From Felis catus (taxonomy: Eukaryota): a stretch of DNA of 64,000 bases. The DNA lies in assembly GCF_018350175.1 (NCBI RefSeq), contig NC_058368.1:21640001-21704000 (forward strand), written 5' to 3'. Positions 38,502-52,274 of this stretch are shown piece after piece (within the stretch, counting starts at the first letter, position 1; each line of letters starts with the position of its first letter). Made by a program: the position numbers and the translations under genes. Under the pieces are notes generated by a model. That model was not told the origin of the DNA, searched no databases, and saw nothing but the letters and a program-made list of their open reading frames with translations.

Positions 38502-41500
38502 TGGAATGGGTATTTTAATACCAGACCTTTTTATAGAAGACATCGTTCTTAGGCTTTTTTTCCCTTTTAAAAAAAGTATTTAAAACTTTTCAAATATACT
38601 TACAGAAAAGTGCATGAAATGGAAACGTTCCATTTAATGAGTACTTATAAATCAAACACTCTGGTAAATGCCACTCAAGTCAACTTTGCTTTTTCTTGCT
38701 CCTGTATACCTCAAGAATGTAATATTTTTATCAGTAACAATAACTAATAACAATTATTTTAAAAATCTTAACACTTACTGTTTGCAGTTTACCTGTACCA
38801 AGTATTTTGTATGGATTAGTTTTCACAACGATCCAGTGAAGTATATACTATTATTATCCATATTTACTGCTGAGGAAACTTGAGACGTACGATTCGTAAG
38901 TAACCAGCCCTAAGTCATCAGGGGTGGCAGGACCTGGACTTACAGTGAAGCAGATGACATGAAAGCCAGGACTCTTGCTCACTGTACTGTCTTCCCACTG
39001 CAAGGAGCCTCAGACCTGAATTGTAGGAAATAACCTCTGAAAGTTAATTAATGAGGAAAATATTTAGGAAATCTTGGCTATATCCTAGAAATTCCTGATT
39101 TGGTATTTTAAAACCTTGCTAATAAAAATTTTTGATATCTTATCTATCATTTAATTTATTTCCTTTTTTTTTCTTTGTACTCTTGCAAAGTTTCCTTATT
39201 AGTGAGGAACTAGTTAGTCGGTTTCACCAAAAAATAACCCATATCCTTGGACTTAACACTTAAAACTTATGTTTAAGTTTCTAATACTGAGGATAATATA
39301 TATTTTCTCATCCGCAAATTTGACCAGCATTACCAAACTCACTTCTGTCTCTCTGGAGCCTCTGTTGGTAAGTGCTACTACCGAATTGCTCAAGCTTAAA
39401 ATCTCCTGGACTCCCTTCTCTTCCCTTTTCCTATTAGTCAGTTATCTGAAGAGCCCTCCTATTTTTGCCTTTGATGCCAACCTTACTACAGCTGCCCTAG
39501 TTTGGGCCACTGTTATTCTCACCTGTGTAAGTATGATCGTGCACCTGGTTTCCCTGTCACCAATATCTTCCCTTCCCATTGTATCTTGTGAGTTGGTCTT
39601 TCTTAAATCCTTTTGTGTTACTTTCTTGGTAAGATCTTGGTTACTTTCTTGCCATTGCCTTCAGGATAAAATTAAAAGTCCTTAAGATGCCACACATAGC
39701 TCCTTAGGTCTCTTTTGTGCCAGCTGTGGTCACATGTTTGAGATGGTGGAGTGACCAGTGTGATTTCTTCTCCGTGCCTTCGCACAGGTTATTCTCTTCT
39801 GTACATACCTTCTTTTGCTGTTTACTGGGGCTCACTCTGGCAGACTCTTTCCTCACTCAGACTCCTTTCTGTATATCTCTGGAACACCAAGAATGTAATT
39901 CTGCCGCACATGTCATCCTACTTCAAAAAAAACCTTTCAGAAGTTCTCCATAGGGCCTTTCCTGACTCACCAATAACATGGTAAGTACTATCAGTCCCTA
40001 GGGTTTTTCTTCTCTCTAATGCTTTCCTAAGTGAATTTTCCTTTACCTCTTTGGGTTAAATTGCTGTGGCTACAACAAGTTCTCTGCATGTGGGCTCTGT
40101 AAGCCCACTGAAGGTAAAGACCTTGGGCTGTGAGTTGTCACGTAGTGACCAGTATATAAAATTTAAGGAATATTCTGAGAAGAGAGACTAGATAGCATAT
40201 CTGAAAAACGTCTATATTTGGGAGTGAAACTAACAATATTATCCTAAGATGCCAATATTCCTTCTGGTGTTGACACCATGGCATTGATACTGTTGCCTAG
40301 CCCTCCTTTGCCAGCCTCTTCTGTTATAATGTATTTCTGCAACATGAACTAATTCATACTTGAATGCTAAAGAAGAATGATGTTAGTTAATGCAGAATTC
40401 ATGTTGGTTCATATTTGATTTCGGAGTTGATTTTTCACCAGCATGTTAACTGTTTCACGCTCCCAAGTAACAGCAATCGAACATAAACACGTGAAGTACA
40501 GACACAGTTGAACACAGCAAGTCGGAGAGTATGCACATTGCCCCTTCCCCCATATTCTGCCTCTAGACTCCATAGGTTAACTATGTTCTGTCTTAAGGTG
40601 CCTATTGCCCTACCCTTCTCGATGTAGTTCCCTCTTTTTTTTTTTAATTTTACAGAACATGAAGTTTTTCAGGAATCGACATATCATAGAGCAGATAGGT
40701 TATACTTCTCTTTTCTTGAATTCACTAACGGGGTGTACAGTCTCCCCTTGTCCTTCTGCCTGAATGATTTCTCCTTTTTGGCTGATTTTGCCAACTCTTC
40801 TTCCTACCTATTGACTGTAGGCACGTCTTGGGATTTTGTCTGTGACTCTCTTCTCTATTGACTGCTTTTCTTGCCCACATCAAGCATCTCCCTTAGTTTT
40901 AACTATCACTTCAGTGTGGGGGACTTAAATCTGTCTTAGGCATCTGCTGGAAATTAATCACATGAGCATCACATCAGCTTCTTAAGCTCAAAGTGTTTAA
41001 AGCTATGTTCTGCCTTTTTTTTCTTTTCTCTGTTTATGGCATCATCACCCTCACTGTGACCTGAACTTGAAACTTGAGAGGCTTCTTGGACTCCTTCCTC
41101 ATCTTCCACATTCAGTCAGATGCCAGTCATGTAGCTCGAATCTCTGTGCTGTTTCTGGGTTTTGGCCCTGCCTCTGTATTCACTGCCTCCAGCCGACTTT
41201 AAGCCTTAATACTTATCCTCTGGCGATTTAAGAATTGCCCCCAAAGTGATTGATGTTCTTTCTCCAGTTCATGAGATCTTTCAGTGAGTCTCATACCTGA
41301 TTATTTTTTCCAGGTTCAGCTTTTCCTTCCTCTCTCCTTCCCTGCCCCTTCAAGCTCTAGCAACACTGAGCGTCTTATATGCTTATACATAATCTGGAAT
41401 CCCGCCCTCCCCTGCTTGCCAATGCTATTTCTATTCTCAGGGCTATCCTGCTGACTGGAATATCCTTCCCTGCCTCCTGTTGCCTGACTAATTCCTACCC

Positions 41501-41827
41501 CTCTTTAAATGCTCAACTCTGGGTTTAGCTCTTATCAGAAATCTACTGAATCTCCCCCATCTTCCCAGGTTGAGTTAGGTACCATTCTTCACTCCTGAAT
41601 ATATCTTTCTCATATGCAGTTATGGTTAATATATTTCAATTATGTTTTATCTCTTTCTCCAACTAGATCGTGAGCTTTCTGAGCACATAGACTGTATATT
41701 TCCTTTGCCTACGTCTTAGTGCAGTGGCTGGAACAAAGTAAGCACTAAAACATTTCTTGAATGAATGTATCCCTACTAGGTACTACGAACACAATAATTT
41801 TCTTAAAATACATTTTTGAACTGAAAC

Positions 41828-41862
<35 letters not shown>

Positions 41863-42050
41863 GTTTATTTTTGAGAGAGACAAAGCGTGAGCAGGCAAGG
41901 GGCAGAGAGAGAGAGACACAGAATCCAAAACAGGCTCCAGGCTCTGAGCTGTCGGCACAGAGCCCTACGTGAGGCTTGAACTCATCAACCACGGGATCAT
42001 GACCTGAGTCGAAGTCAGATGCTCAACTGCCTGAGCCACCCAGGCGCCCC
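41828..42050 (-). mobile_element. Can-SINE
   Basis: TSD TGAACTGAAACTTTT. Confidence 0.93.
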
Positions 42051-42203
42051 TGAACTGAAACTTTTAATCTTTTGTGCCTTTTCCTGTTGCTTTCTAAATC
42101 AAGTTCAAACTTTTTATTATGATAGGTAAAGTGTTGGGAGATTGAGAGACCTGCATAGTTAAATAATTTTTAAATTTTTCGTACTTTAAGTATAGAAATG
42201 TTC

Positions 42204-42429
42204 TTTTTTTAATAATTAAAAAAAAATTTTTTTTAACGTTTGTTCATTTTTGAGAGACAGTGCGAGTGGGGGAGGGGAAGAGAGAGAGAGGGAGACACAG
42301 AATCTGAAGCACGCTCCAGGCTCTGAACTGTCAGCACAGAGCCCGATGTGGGGCTCGAACCCACAAACCTTGAGATCATGACCTGAGCCAAAGTTGGACG
42401 CTTAACCAACTGAGCCACCCAGATGCCCC
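42204..42429 (-). mobile_element. Can-SINE
   Basis: TSD AGAAATGTTCT. Confidence 0.93.
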
Positions 42430-42802
42430 AGAAATGTTCTAATAATTAGGAAAGTGGAGAGAATAGTATAATTAATCCCATATGCACATCACTTAGATTT
42501 AATAAGTCACAGTTTGCTGTCTTTGTTTCATCTTTTTCCTCTATATGTATAATAGACACCATGACATTTTACTCCTAAAGACTTAAGGCTACTTCTCTAA
42601 AAAATAATGTATTCTTACATAAACACTGTATCACTCTGACATATTAACATCTAATCTAGTCCACATTTAAATTTCCCTAGTTGTCCCTGATTTTTTTTTT
42701 TTTTTTAAACATTTGGTCATTTGGTCAGGATTAAACAAGATCAGATCATATTTGGTTATGTTTCTTAAATCTCCTTCAATCTACAATAGGCTTCTCCCAC
42801 CA

Positions 42803-43258
42803 TTTTTTTTATAGTAAATAAACATAACATAAAATTTATTATTTTAACTACTTTAAGTGTATAGTTCTGTGACATTAAGTACATTCACATTGTTGTGTAA
42901 TAATCATCACTGCCCTATATCCAGAACTTTTCATCTTTTGTAACTGAAACTCTGTACCTATTAAATAATAATTTTGCATTCCCTCTTTCTCCAGCCCTTG
43001 GCAACCTTCCTTCTATTGTCTTTCTTTATGAATTTGACTACTCTAGGAAGCTCGTATAAGTAGAATCATACAATATTTGTCTGGCTTATTTGACTGGCTT
43101 ATTTCTCTCAGCATAATGTCTTCGAAGCACATCTGTGTTGTAGCATGTGTCACAATTTTGTTTCTTTTTATGGCTGAATAATATTCCGTTGTATGCAGGT
43201 ACCATATTTTGTCCATTCACCCATTGATGAATGGTGGCTTCTACTTTTTGGCTGTTGT
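42803..43258 (-). mobile_element. LINE-1 3' end (L1MB-like) nested in an older L1 relic
   Basis: CATAACATAAAATTTA..TTAAGTACATTCACATTGTTGTG..CCAGAACTTTTCATC; flanking direct repeat CCCACCATTTT (42796, 43261). Confidence 0.82.
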
Positions 43259-44055
43259 CCCCCACCATTTTATAAATGCTGTTAATTTGTTGAAGCAATC
43301 AGGTCAGTTTTCTTGTATTAAGTTGAACCACATGAAATTTTCATTTGGGAGGTTCAAAGTATGAGCCAAGTATCAGCAATTACATATGGTTCAGCCTTAT
43401 AAAATGTCCTAATTACTGGATTTGTCTGTTTCTTTGTGGTGTTGCTTAACTTGTTCCTCCTATTTCTTGCCACCGTCTGGATTTTCTGTAAACTGGAGGT
43501 TAGTTTTAGAAGCATGATTATCTTCAGTTTAAGCATTTTTGATTAAAAAAAAAATACTTCCATTGGTGATGCTGTGTACTTCAGAATATATCCCAGTAGT
43601 GATGGTAAGATTGATCAGAAGGTTCAGATGATAAAGAATAGATAAAGATAGTTCAGATAAAAAATAGTTTAATGTTACAATGTCAAAGTCACTGCATTTG
43701 GTGAAATGAATTTTATTTGGGTGAAGTGTGATATAGACTGGGTAATATTTGAAGTGAAAAAGAATAAACTGACTTCTTGGTATCCAGCAAGGAGTTAGAG
43801 GATGTATTTGGAAAATCTAACTTCAAAGTCAGTGGCATTTTCTCTTTCCATGACTGACACTGTTCCTAACTTGACTTTGATATCTCAGCGTAAGGTTTCG
43901 CTGTGTTCTCATTTCCAAGCCTCTGTTCCTTTACTTTGAAGATAAAGCAATAGTAAAAATCTAGGGAAGATATAGCTGTACTTTGTGGCAGTTTTGCTAT
44001 TAAGAAAAATTTGTCACAGCCTGGGATATCACCACTAAGAGTTAAAGTATGGTTG

Positions 44056-44274
44056 GGGCACCTGGGTGGCTCAGTCATTTGAGCATCCGACTTCAGCTCA
44101 GGTTATGATCTCATGGTCTGTGAGTTCGAGCCCCGTGTCAGGCTCTGTGCTGACAGCTGGGATCCTGGAGCCTGCTTCAGATTCTGTGCCTCCCTCTCTC
44201 TCTCTCTGCCCCTCTCCCCCAACTTATGCTCGGTCTCTGTCTCTGAAAAATGAATAAACCTTAAAAAAAAAAAA
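44056..44274 (+). mobile_element. Can-SINE
   Basis: TSD AAGAGTTAAAGTATGGT. Confidence 0.94.
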
Positions 44275-44406
44275 GAGTTAAAGTATGGTAAAATAAATCA
44301 TGACTATATTTACTTGGAATTAATCTTTCTAAATGGTTGGGTTTTCTGGGCTTTAAGTTTATTTGTTTACATACCAAACTTTCTTTTATTTGAAATGTCA
44401 GTGTTT

Positions 44407-44500
44407 GGGGTGCTTGTCTGACTCAGTGGGTGGAGCACGTGACTCTTGATCTCAGGGTTGTGAGTTCGAGTGCCACTTTGGGCATGGAGCCCCCCAAAAA
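44407..44500 (+). mobile_element. Short Can-SINE / tRNA-like head remnant
   Basis: GACTCTTGATCTCAGGGTTGTGAGTTCGAG. Confidence 0.72.
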
Positions 44501-44955
44501 GTCATTGTTTCTGAAAATGCCTATACATTTTTCTGCCTTCTTAAATAGAATATAATTTAGTTATTTTCTTGTTTCTTGAGAATCACATTTATGCATATGG
44601 GTATCCATTTTTGCTGTTATGTAAGTAATGCTTCAGGTTCTTAGATTTGTCAGAATTTTATCCTTAATTTTTGTGCTTATGGAATTTTTGCTCTTCATAA
44701 TTCTTTTGCCTATCCTACCCTTGCAGAATTTGTCAGCTTTCTCTTTGATATTGTCAGCTTGTTTACCTGTAGTAGCTCCACTCTTCCTTTTTAATTTAAT
44801 GTTTCATATATCCTAGTGACTTGGATAATAGATGTATTAAACACTTACGAAACATTTGCTATGGGCCAGACAGGCAGTGTTAATACCCCAAATAGTAAAT
44901 AGAAATAACTTTGTCCTTGCTAGTTTAGTGTGAGAGACTGATACCTAAGTATATA

Positions 44956-45259
44956 CAGTGGACTCTTAAGCAACATGGGGGTTAGGGGTGCCCACATATA
45001 ACTTTTGATTCCCCAAACACTTAACTACACATACTGTACTGTTAACTGGAAGCCTGACCAATAACATAAACAGTCAACTAACATGCATTTTGTATATGTA
45101 TTATATAGTGTGTTCTTACGATAAAGTAAGCTAGAGAAAAGATAATGTTATTGATAAAATCACAAAAAATAGAAAATACATTTACAGTACTGTACTGTAA
45201 AAAATTCGTGTATGAGTAGATCTGCATAGTTCAAACCCATGTTATTCAAGGGTCAGCTG
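44956..45259. mobile_element. Tigger2-family MITE, second copy, opposite orientation to 5320-5879
   Basis: TA|CAGTGGACTCTTAAGCAACA ... TTCAAGGGTCAGCTG|TA; interior is the reverse complement of the first copy. Confidence 0.8.
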
Positions 45260-45951
45260 TACTTAGTATAGAGCTCATTCTATGAAATAGGTACATAATT
45301 TGCAAAGTACTATGAAAGCATGAAGAAAGCGAGTGACTATACCTGGGAAAATTGAATTAAGTTACACAGAAGATCATACTTGAGCTGGGTCTTGAAGAAT
45401 GAATAGGAGTTTGCCAAGACAAAAAGAAAAGTAACATGAATAACAGTGACTGTGTCATAGAGTATTAAAGGTGTGGTGTGTTCAAGCAGTAGTTGATGTG
45501 GTAACCTTACATACATTCCCTTCTTTTGGAAACGTCATTCTGATTGACCTTTCTTTGGAAGCTGCTCTTCTGCCATTGGATGTCTTTTGGTGAGATTTTT
45601 GATCTAAGTGCTTCTGCCTCCTTTGGTTAATTAAAGTGCCTTAATCTTTCTGGTTAATAAAAAGAAGGCCATTCAAATGCTGTCCCTGGCATTTAAATCT
45701 TAAATGAGCTGACACTGGGACCTAAGTGATTCATTTTGGCAGAAGTACTGTGAAGAAATCTTTCATTAATTCCTGCCACCTAGATCTGTGGCGTTGCTTT
45801 CATCCTGAGTTTTTCATCAGATTCCACAGCTTTTCCTTTGGTTCCGTGAATTGTTCTTTATTCTTCCAGTAAATTCACCTGCACCCCTCCCCTCCCTTTG
45901 TTTCTCAGACTAACTCAAGTCTGTTTTTATGGTTTGCAACATAACTAATTT

Positions 45952-46060
45952 AAGATGATCAACTATCCTGGTTTGCCCAGAACTGAGGGAGTTCTCAGGA
46001 CACAGGACTTTGAGTATTCAAACCAGTAAAATCCTAGGCAGACCTTCATAAGTTGGCCGC
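45952..46060. mobile_element. MER94-like hAT-Blackjack MITE
   Basis: GATCAACTATCCTGGTTTGCCCAGAACTGAGGGG..CAGGACTTT..AGTTGGCC. Confidence 0.6.
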
Positions 46061-47008
46061 TTTACTCTAATTGAAACAGTTGGGACTAAAGATAATGAGT
46101 TTGGGGAACCAAATGGTGTTCAGATGGAAATATCCAGTATGCAGCTGAAAATAATGTGTGCAGAACTAGCTTGCTTCAGTTATTTCTCTCAACAGTTATC
46201 TGAATTCTGAACTAAGTATGAGAGATAAGACAATGAAAGTAATGATAACCAATAATTGTTGAGCACTTACTATGGGCAAGGCACTGTGCTTCTAAGAATA
46301 ATATTAAGTAATTCTCACAATTGCTGTTATTCAGGTGAAGAAAATGAGTTAAGTAATTTGCTTAAGAACATGCAACTAGGAGGAGGCAGAACTGGAATTC
46401 AGTCCTAGATTTCCTACTTTAAAACTCTCTTCCCTTAATAACCATTTTCTACTCTGCCTCAGGGTCCCTGCTCAGGGAGTGTGTAGATTACTAGGGATGT
46501 GATTTAAAGCAAATAAATACTACAGTGGAAATATGTTGAGAGAACAGTGGACACATAGGGAAAGAATCCGTATGGGTGAGCATCAGAAGGCTTCATGGAG
46601 ATTGTGCTTAGGCTGAAACTGGAAAAATGTATAGATATTTCTTTGGTATTATATCTTAGGTGGACTTAGGGGTAAGAGACAGCATGACTTGTTCTGGGAA
46701 ATAATGTAAATCAGCATTTCTTATAGGTGGAGTGATTGGAAAGTTGGATAGGATAGGCAGGGGCCAGATTGTGAAAGACCTCTCCTATGAGGAAAGTTTT
46801 AAGCAGGAAGGTGGGTTTTGTGCATTTAAAACTGTTGCTTTGGTTGCACCATGGGAGATAGATTGATGAGGGTGAGAAGGGAGCTTCAAAGGAACAGTTA
46901 GAAAACTCAGGGGACTCAGAGATGGATGGTCTAACAGCACTGGCATTGGGGTCCAATGGCAGGAAAAGTTACCAGGACTGCTTATTTGGCATATGTTACC
47001 TTCTAGAA

Positions 47009-47246
47009 CAGAGGTTAGCAAACTTTTTTCTTTTTTGTAAAGGGTCATAATATTCTCAAAAGGTTAAATATTTCATGCTTTGAGGCCCATACTATTTATG
47101 TCACAACTGTTCATCTCTGCTGTGAGCGTGAAAGCAGCCATCAACACTAGGCAAACAGATGGGTGCCACTGTTCCAATGAAGCTTTATTTATAAAATCAG
47201 GTGGCAGGCTGGATTTGGCTCACAGGGTGTAGTTTGCCTAACCTTA
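47009..47246. mobile_element. MER58A-like hAT-Charlie MITE
   Basis: CAGAGGTTAGCAAACT..GTAAAGGG..GCAGGCTGGATTTGGC..TAGTTTGCC; 8-bp TSD-like TTCTAGAA/TCCTAGGA. Confidence 0.82.
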
Positions 47247-47355
47247 TCCTAGGATGATATGGCCAGTAGTGAAGATTTGGAAAATAGTTCAAGCAATGAT
47301 TAGAATGATTAAGATGATAATATAGATGAGAGTTCCTAGGTATAAGAACAAAAAA

Positions 47356-47571
47356 GGGGGTCACCTAGGTGACTCAGTCGGTGGAGCTTCTGATTCTTGA
47401 TTTTGGCTCAGAGTCATAGGATGAAGCCTCTCCATGCTCAGGGGTGGTGCCTGCTTGGATTTCTCTCTCTCTCTCCCTCCCTCCCTCCCCCCCCCCCCCC
47501 CCCCCCCCCCCGTCTCCCTTGCTGTCTCTTTCTCTCTCTCTCTTTCTAAATTTAAAAAAGAAGAAGAAAAA
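47356..47571 (+). mobile_element. Degenerate Can-SINE with an internal poly(C) expansion
   Basis: SINE head, (CT)n/(CCCT)n/C-run body and A tail. Confidence 0.82.
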
Positions 47572-48929
47572 AGGACTAGGGGAAGGAAGAACCCAAGGAA
47601 GTACATCATTTTAGGGCACTAGTGAAAATGCCACTGAAGAATGAGTCTGTAAGAAGCTTACAACAAAGTAGTGTATTAAAACTTAGGGGAGGGGGGAAAG
47701 TTTCCTGAAGGAGGGGCAGTAGTTGCAATATCAGTGCTGCAGAGAAGAGATGTATAAGGACCTGAAGTAAGCCCTTCATTATATTTGGCAATTGGGGGCC
47801 AGGCAGAAGTGGAAAACCCAGAGTGGAGGAGGCTGGCAGCTAGATTATGATGGAGTGAGAAGTGAATTGCAGTTCAGGTAGTAGAACTGGTCAGTAGAAA
47901 CTCAATTTAAAAATTTGGCAGCCATGGGAAGGAGGGGCCACAGGTTAGCAGGAGGAGGAAGTAGGGTTAAAAGAAGGCATTTTGTTGTTTTTTTTTTATT
48001 TGTTTAGAAGAATGGAATTGGCTGTTGTTTGTAGGCTAAATGGAAGGAGCCAGAGCAAAAGAGTTAAGGAGCTGGCTAGAAAAGGAATAAATGATTGAGC
48101 CAAGAGTAAGTGGAGAGCTGTTAGGAAGGTGAAGTAAGAGATAGAAGTTGTGGTTAGATTTTGAAGGGCATCGGGTGGAAAGGACTTTGGAGAAGCGACG
48201 GGAGTGAGGATGGGCTGAAGTAGTGTAGGGAAACTGGAACAGATTATGGTTAATGGCCCCTATTTTATTTGGCGTCATTAGTTGTAGAGAATAAAGGGGT
48301 CTAAGAGAGTACATGAAGAAAAGGTGTTTCTGGAAATGCAGAATATTTGGGGAACATAATGCCTAGGAACACTGGCCCAGCTGAGGTAAGACTATAATGT
48401 TATTTTGGTCACAGTTGTAGACAATTTTCAGTTGATTATATCAAATTTAGCTGTAAATGCATTTTAGATTATAGTTAGAATTGGTAAACAAAATTCAGAG
48501 TGTAGAGGTCATACTCAATTGAATCATAAAAAAAAATTGAACTAGCAGAAATGTCAGGATTTAATGAGTTCAGACTCTTTTTTCCACAGATGTGGAAACT
48601 GAGGACATAGAAAAATAATGAATGTTGGCCACTCACCACTTACCAGTTGGTAACCAGTTTTTTGTTTTTTTTTTATTCCAGTACTTGTGTTATTTAACAC
48701 AGCACATTTAAGATGCCAAACCCTATATTTTAGAAAACTTACAAACATACACAAAAGCACAGAGAATGATATATTGAACTACCATGTACCATTTAAAACC
48801 AGTTATAATTTATGGCTAGTCTTGTTCATTTATATCTCTACCCATTTCCATCTTTCCCTGGATTTTTTTGAAGCAAATTCCAGACATCATCTTTTATCTG
48901 TGAGTGTTTTAACATATGTGCTAAAAGTT

Positions 48930-49645
48930 AAGTCGATTCTGATACCGATTCTAACTTGTGTTTGTTTCCCCCACACCAAGCAGTTCTCCCACACGAGCTG
49001 GGTGTCCTACAATTCAATTCAATTCTGATGTTACATACCTGGAGGTAGCATCAGATTCCATAGGTTAAGGGCTTACTTCTACAAGACCTCTTGCCTCCCA
49101 CCCTGCTTCTGATCTCCCAGCTATAGATTGGTGGTTCCTACAACCTCTTCCTCCTGTTTAATTTGCTGGAGTGACTCACAAGACCCAGAGAAATGTTTTA
49201 CTTACAAGATTACCAGTTTATTATAAAAGGATATTTCAGGATCAGCCAGATGGAAGAGATGCTCTCTCTTGGAGAGTACCACTCTACCTGTTACCTCCAT
49301 GTTTTCACCAACCGGGAAGTTCTCTGCACTGGTCATTTTGGGTTTTTATGAGGCATGCTTGATTAAAGCATTGGCCATTGGTTACTGATGTCAATCTCCA
49401 GCCCTTCTCGTCTCTTTGAAGGTTGGGGTGGGGATGGTACCAAAAGTTTCAGCCCTTTAATCACATAGTTGTTTCACCTGGCAACCAATTCCCGTCCTTA
49501 GGTGACCTAGGGGGGCTTTACAAAAGTCACTTCAGTAACATAATAAAAGACACCTTTATATTTGTCAACGCTTAGTAAACTCTAAGGGTTTTTGGAGCTG
49601 TGTGCCAGGAACACCTAGATGAAGAGTAACTATATATTTCTTATT
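48930..49645. mobile_element. Solo ERV LTR (MER21/MER77-like)
   Basis: CAATTCAATTCTGA..TACCTGGAG..GCATCAGATTCCATAGGTTAAGGGCT; TTGCTGGAGTGACTCACA; CCAGTTTATTATAAAAGGATA; TATTATAAGTCACAATGTCATA. Confidence 0.7.
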
Positions 49646-49749
49646 ATAAGTCACAATGTCATAGTAAAACGTGTAGTATTATACTACTTAAAACCCCCCA
49701 AATGATACTTGTTGTACCATTACCCATTAAAAATATACTTTTTAAAATC

Positions 49750-49904
49750 TTTATTAGCCTATTTTAATTTAATTCAGTGTATCCAGACTTTTATCAATTC
49801 AACATCTAATACATATAAAATGATTATTAATGAAATATTTCACATTCTTTTTTTTATACTAAGTCTTCTAAATCCATGATTATACTTATCACACATCTCA
49901 GTTT
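49750..49904. mobile_element. MER33-like hAT MITE fragment, cut by an L1 insertion
   Basis: TTATTAATGAAATATTTCACATTCTTTTTTTATACTAAGTCTTCTAAATCC..CACATCTCAGTT. Confidence 0.7.
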
Positions 49905-50334
49905 GTTTTTGTTTTTGTTTTTAATTTACATCTAAGTTAGTTAGCATATATAGTGCAATAATGATTTCAGGAGTAGATTCCAATGATTCATCCCCTATGT
50001 ATAACACCCAGTGCTCATCCCAGCAGGTGCCTTCCTTAATGTCCCTTACTCATTTAGCCCATCCCCCCATCCATAACCCTTCCAGCAACCCTTAGTTTCT
50101 TCTCTGTATTTGAGTCTCTTATGTTTTGTCCTCCTCCCTGTTTTTATATTATTTTTGTTTCCCTTCCCTTATATTCATCTTTTGTCTTTTAAATTCTACA
50201 TGAGTGAAGGCATGTGATAGTTGTCTTTCTCTGACTAATTTTACTTAGCATAATACCCTCTAGTTCCATCCATGTAGTTGCAAATGGCAACATTTCATTC
50301 TTTTTGATTGCGGGAGTAAAACACTCCTTTGTAT

Positions 50335-50386
<52 letters not shown>

Positions 50387-52274
50387 CATATCTTCTTTCT
50401 TCATTTGTCTGTCATTGGACATTTGGACTCTTTCCATATTTTGGCTATTGTCGATAGTGCTGCTGTAAATATTGGGGTGCATGTGCCCTTTCGAAACAGC
50501 TCACCTGATCCCTTGGATAAATACCTAGTAGTGCAATTGCTGTGTTATAGGGTAGCTCTATTTTTAATTTCTTGAGGAACCTCATTACTGTTTTCCAGAG
50601 TAGCTGCACCAGTTTGCATTCCCATCAGAAGTGCAAAAGAGATCCCCTTTCTCGGCATTCTCGCCAACATCTTTTGTTGCTTGAGTTGTTAATTTTAGCC
50701 ATTCTGACAGGTATGAGGTGATATCTCATTGTGGTTTTGATTTGTATTTCCCTGATGATGAGTGATGTTCAGCATTTTTTCATGTGTCTGTTAGCCATCT
50801 GGATGTCTTCTTTGGAAAAGTGCCTATTCATGTCTTTTGCCTATTTCATCACTGGATAATTTGTTTTTTGGGTGTTGAGTTTGTTAAGTTCTTTATAGAT
50901 TTTGAATACTAACCCTTTATCTGGTATGTCATTTGCATATATCTTCTCCCATTCCATTGGTTGCCTTTTAGTTTTGCTGATTGTTTCCTTCACTGTGCAG
51001 AATCTTTTTATCTTGATGTGGTCCCAGTAGTTCATTTTTGCTTTTGTTTTTCTTGCCTCTGAAGACGTGTTGAGTAAGAAGTGGCTGCGGCTGAGGTAAA
51101 AGTTGGTTTTGCCTGCTTTCTCCTCGAGGATTTTGATGGCTTCCTGTCTTACATTTAGGTCTTTCATCCATTTTGAGTTTATTTTGGGGTATGGTGTAAG
51201 AAAGTGGTCCAGGTTCATTTTTCTGCATGTTGCTGTCCAGTTTTCCCAGCACCACTTACTGAAGAGACTGTCTTTATTCCATTGGATATTCTTTCCTGCT
51301 TTGTCAAAGATTAGTTGGCCATATGTTTTGTGGGTCCATTTCTGGGTTCTCTATTCCATTCCATTGATCTAAATGTCTGTTTTTGTGCCAGTACCATATT
51401 GTCTTGATGATTATAGCTTTGTAATATATCTTGAAATCAGGCATTGTGATGGCTCCAGCTTTGGTTTTCTTTTTCAGGATTACTTTGGCTATTCAGGGTC
51501 TTTTCTGGTTCCATACAAATTTTAAGACTGTTTGTTCTAGCTCTGTGAAGGATGCTGGTGTTATTTTGATAGAGATTGCATTGAATATGTAGATTGCTTT
51601 GGGTAGTATTGAAATTTTAACAATATTTGTTCTTCCAGCCCATGAGCATGGAATATTTTTCCATTTTTTGTGTGTCTTCAATTTCTTCCACAAGCTTTCT
51701 ATAGTTTTCAGTGTATAGATTTTTCACCTCTTTAGTTAGGTTTATTCCTAGGTATTTTATGGTTTTTGGTGCAATTATAAATGGGATCAATTCCTTGATT
51801 TCTCTTTCTTTTTAAAACAATTTTTTTTTTTTACGTTTATTTATTTTTGAGACAGAGAGAGACAGAGCATGAATCGGGGAGGGGCAGAGAGAGAGGGAGA
51901 CACAGAATCGGAAGCAGGCTCCAGGCTCCGAGCCATCAGCCCAGAGCCCGACGCGGGGCTCGAACTCACGGACCGCGAGATCGTGACCTGAGCTGAAGTC
52001 GGACGCTCAACCGACTGAGCCACCCAGGCGCCCCCCTTGATTTCTCTTTCTGTTGCCTCATTGTTGGTGTATTGAAATGCAACCGATTTCTGTGCATTGA
52101 TTTTATATCCTGCGACTTTGCTGAATTCATGGATCAGCTCTAGAGGTTTTTTGGTCACATCTTTTGGGTTTTCAGTAAAGAGTATGATGTCATCTGTGAA
52201 GAGTGAAAGTTTGACTTCTTCCTTGCCAATTTGGATGCCTTTTATTCCTTTGTGTTGTCTGATTGCTGAGGCTA
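49902..52274 (-). mobile_element. 5'-truncated feline/carnivore LINE-1 (ORF2 RT to C-terminus plus 3' UTR), with (CA)n at 50339-50380 and a nested SINE
   Basis: Peptides [23 protein letters not shown] (RT FADD region), [44 protein letters not shown]; (GTTTTT)n tail. Confidence 0.94.
51810..52035 (-). mobile_element. Young Can-SINE nested in L1
   Basis: TSD CCTTGATTTCTCTTTCT; CpG-intact. Confidence 0.94.

Noticed and set aside
39269..39685. 138-aa hydrophobic ORF
   Set aside because: T-rich, L2-like intronic sequence; no recognisable protein or exon structure.
44407..44500. Possible tRNA gene (also 4247-4350)
   Set aside because: Degenerate tRNA-derived SINE head; no intact cloverleaf seen.
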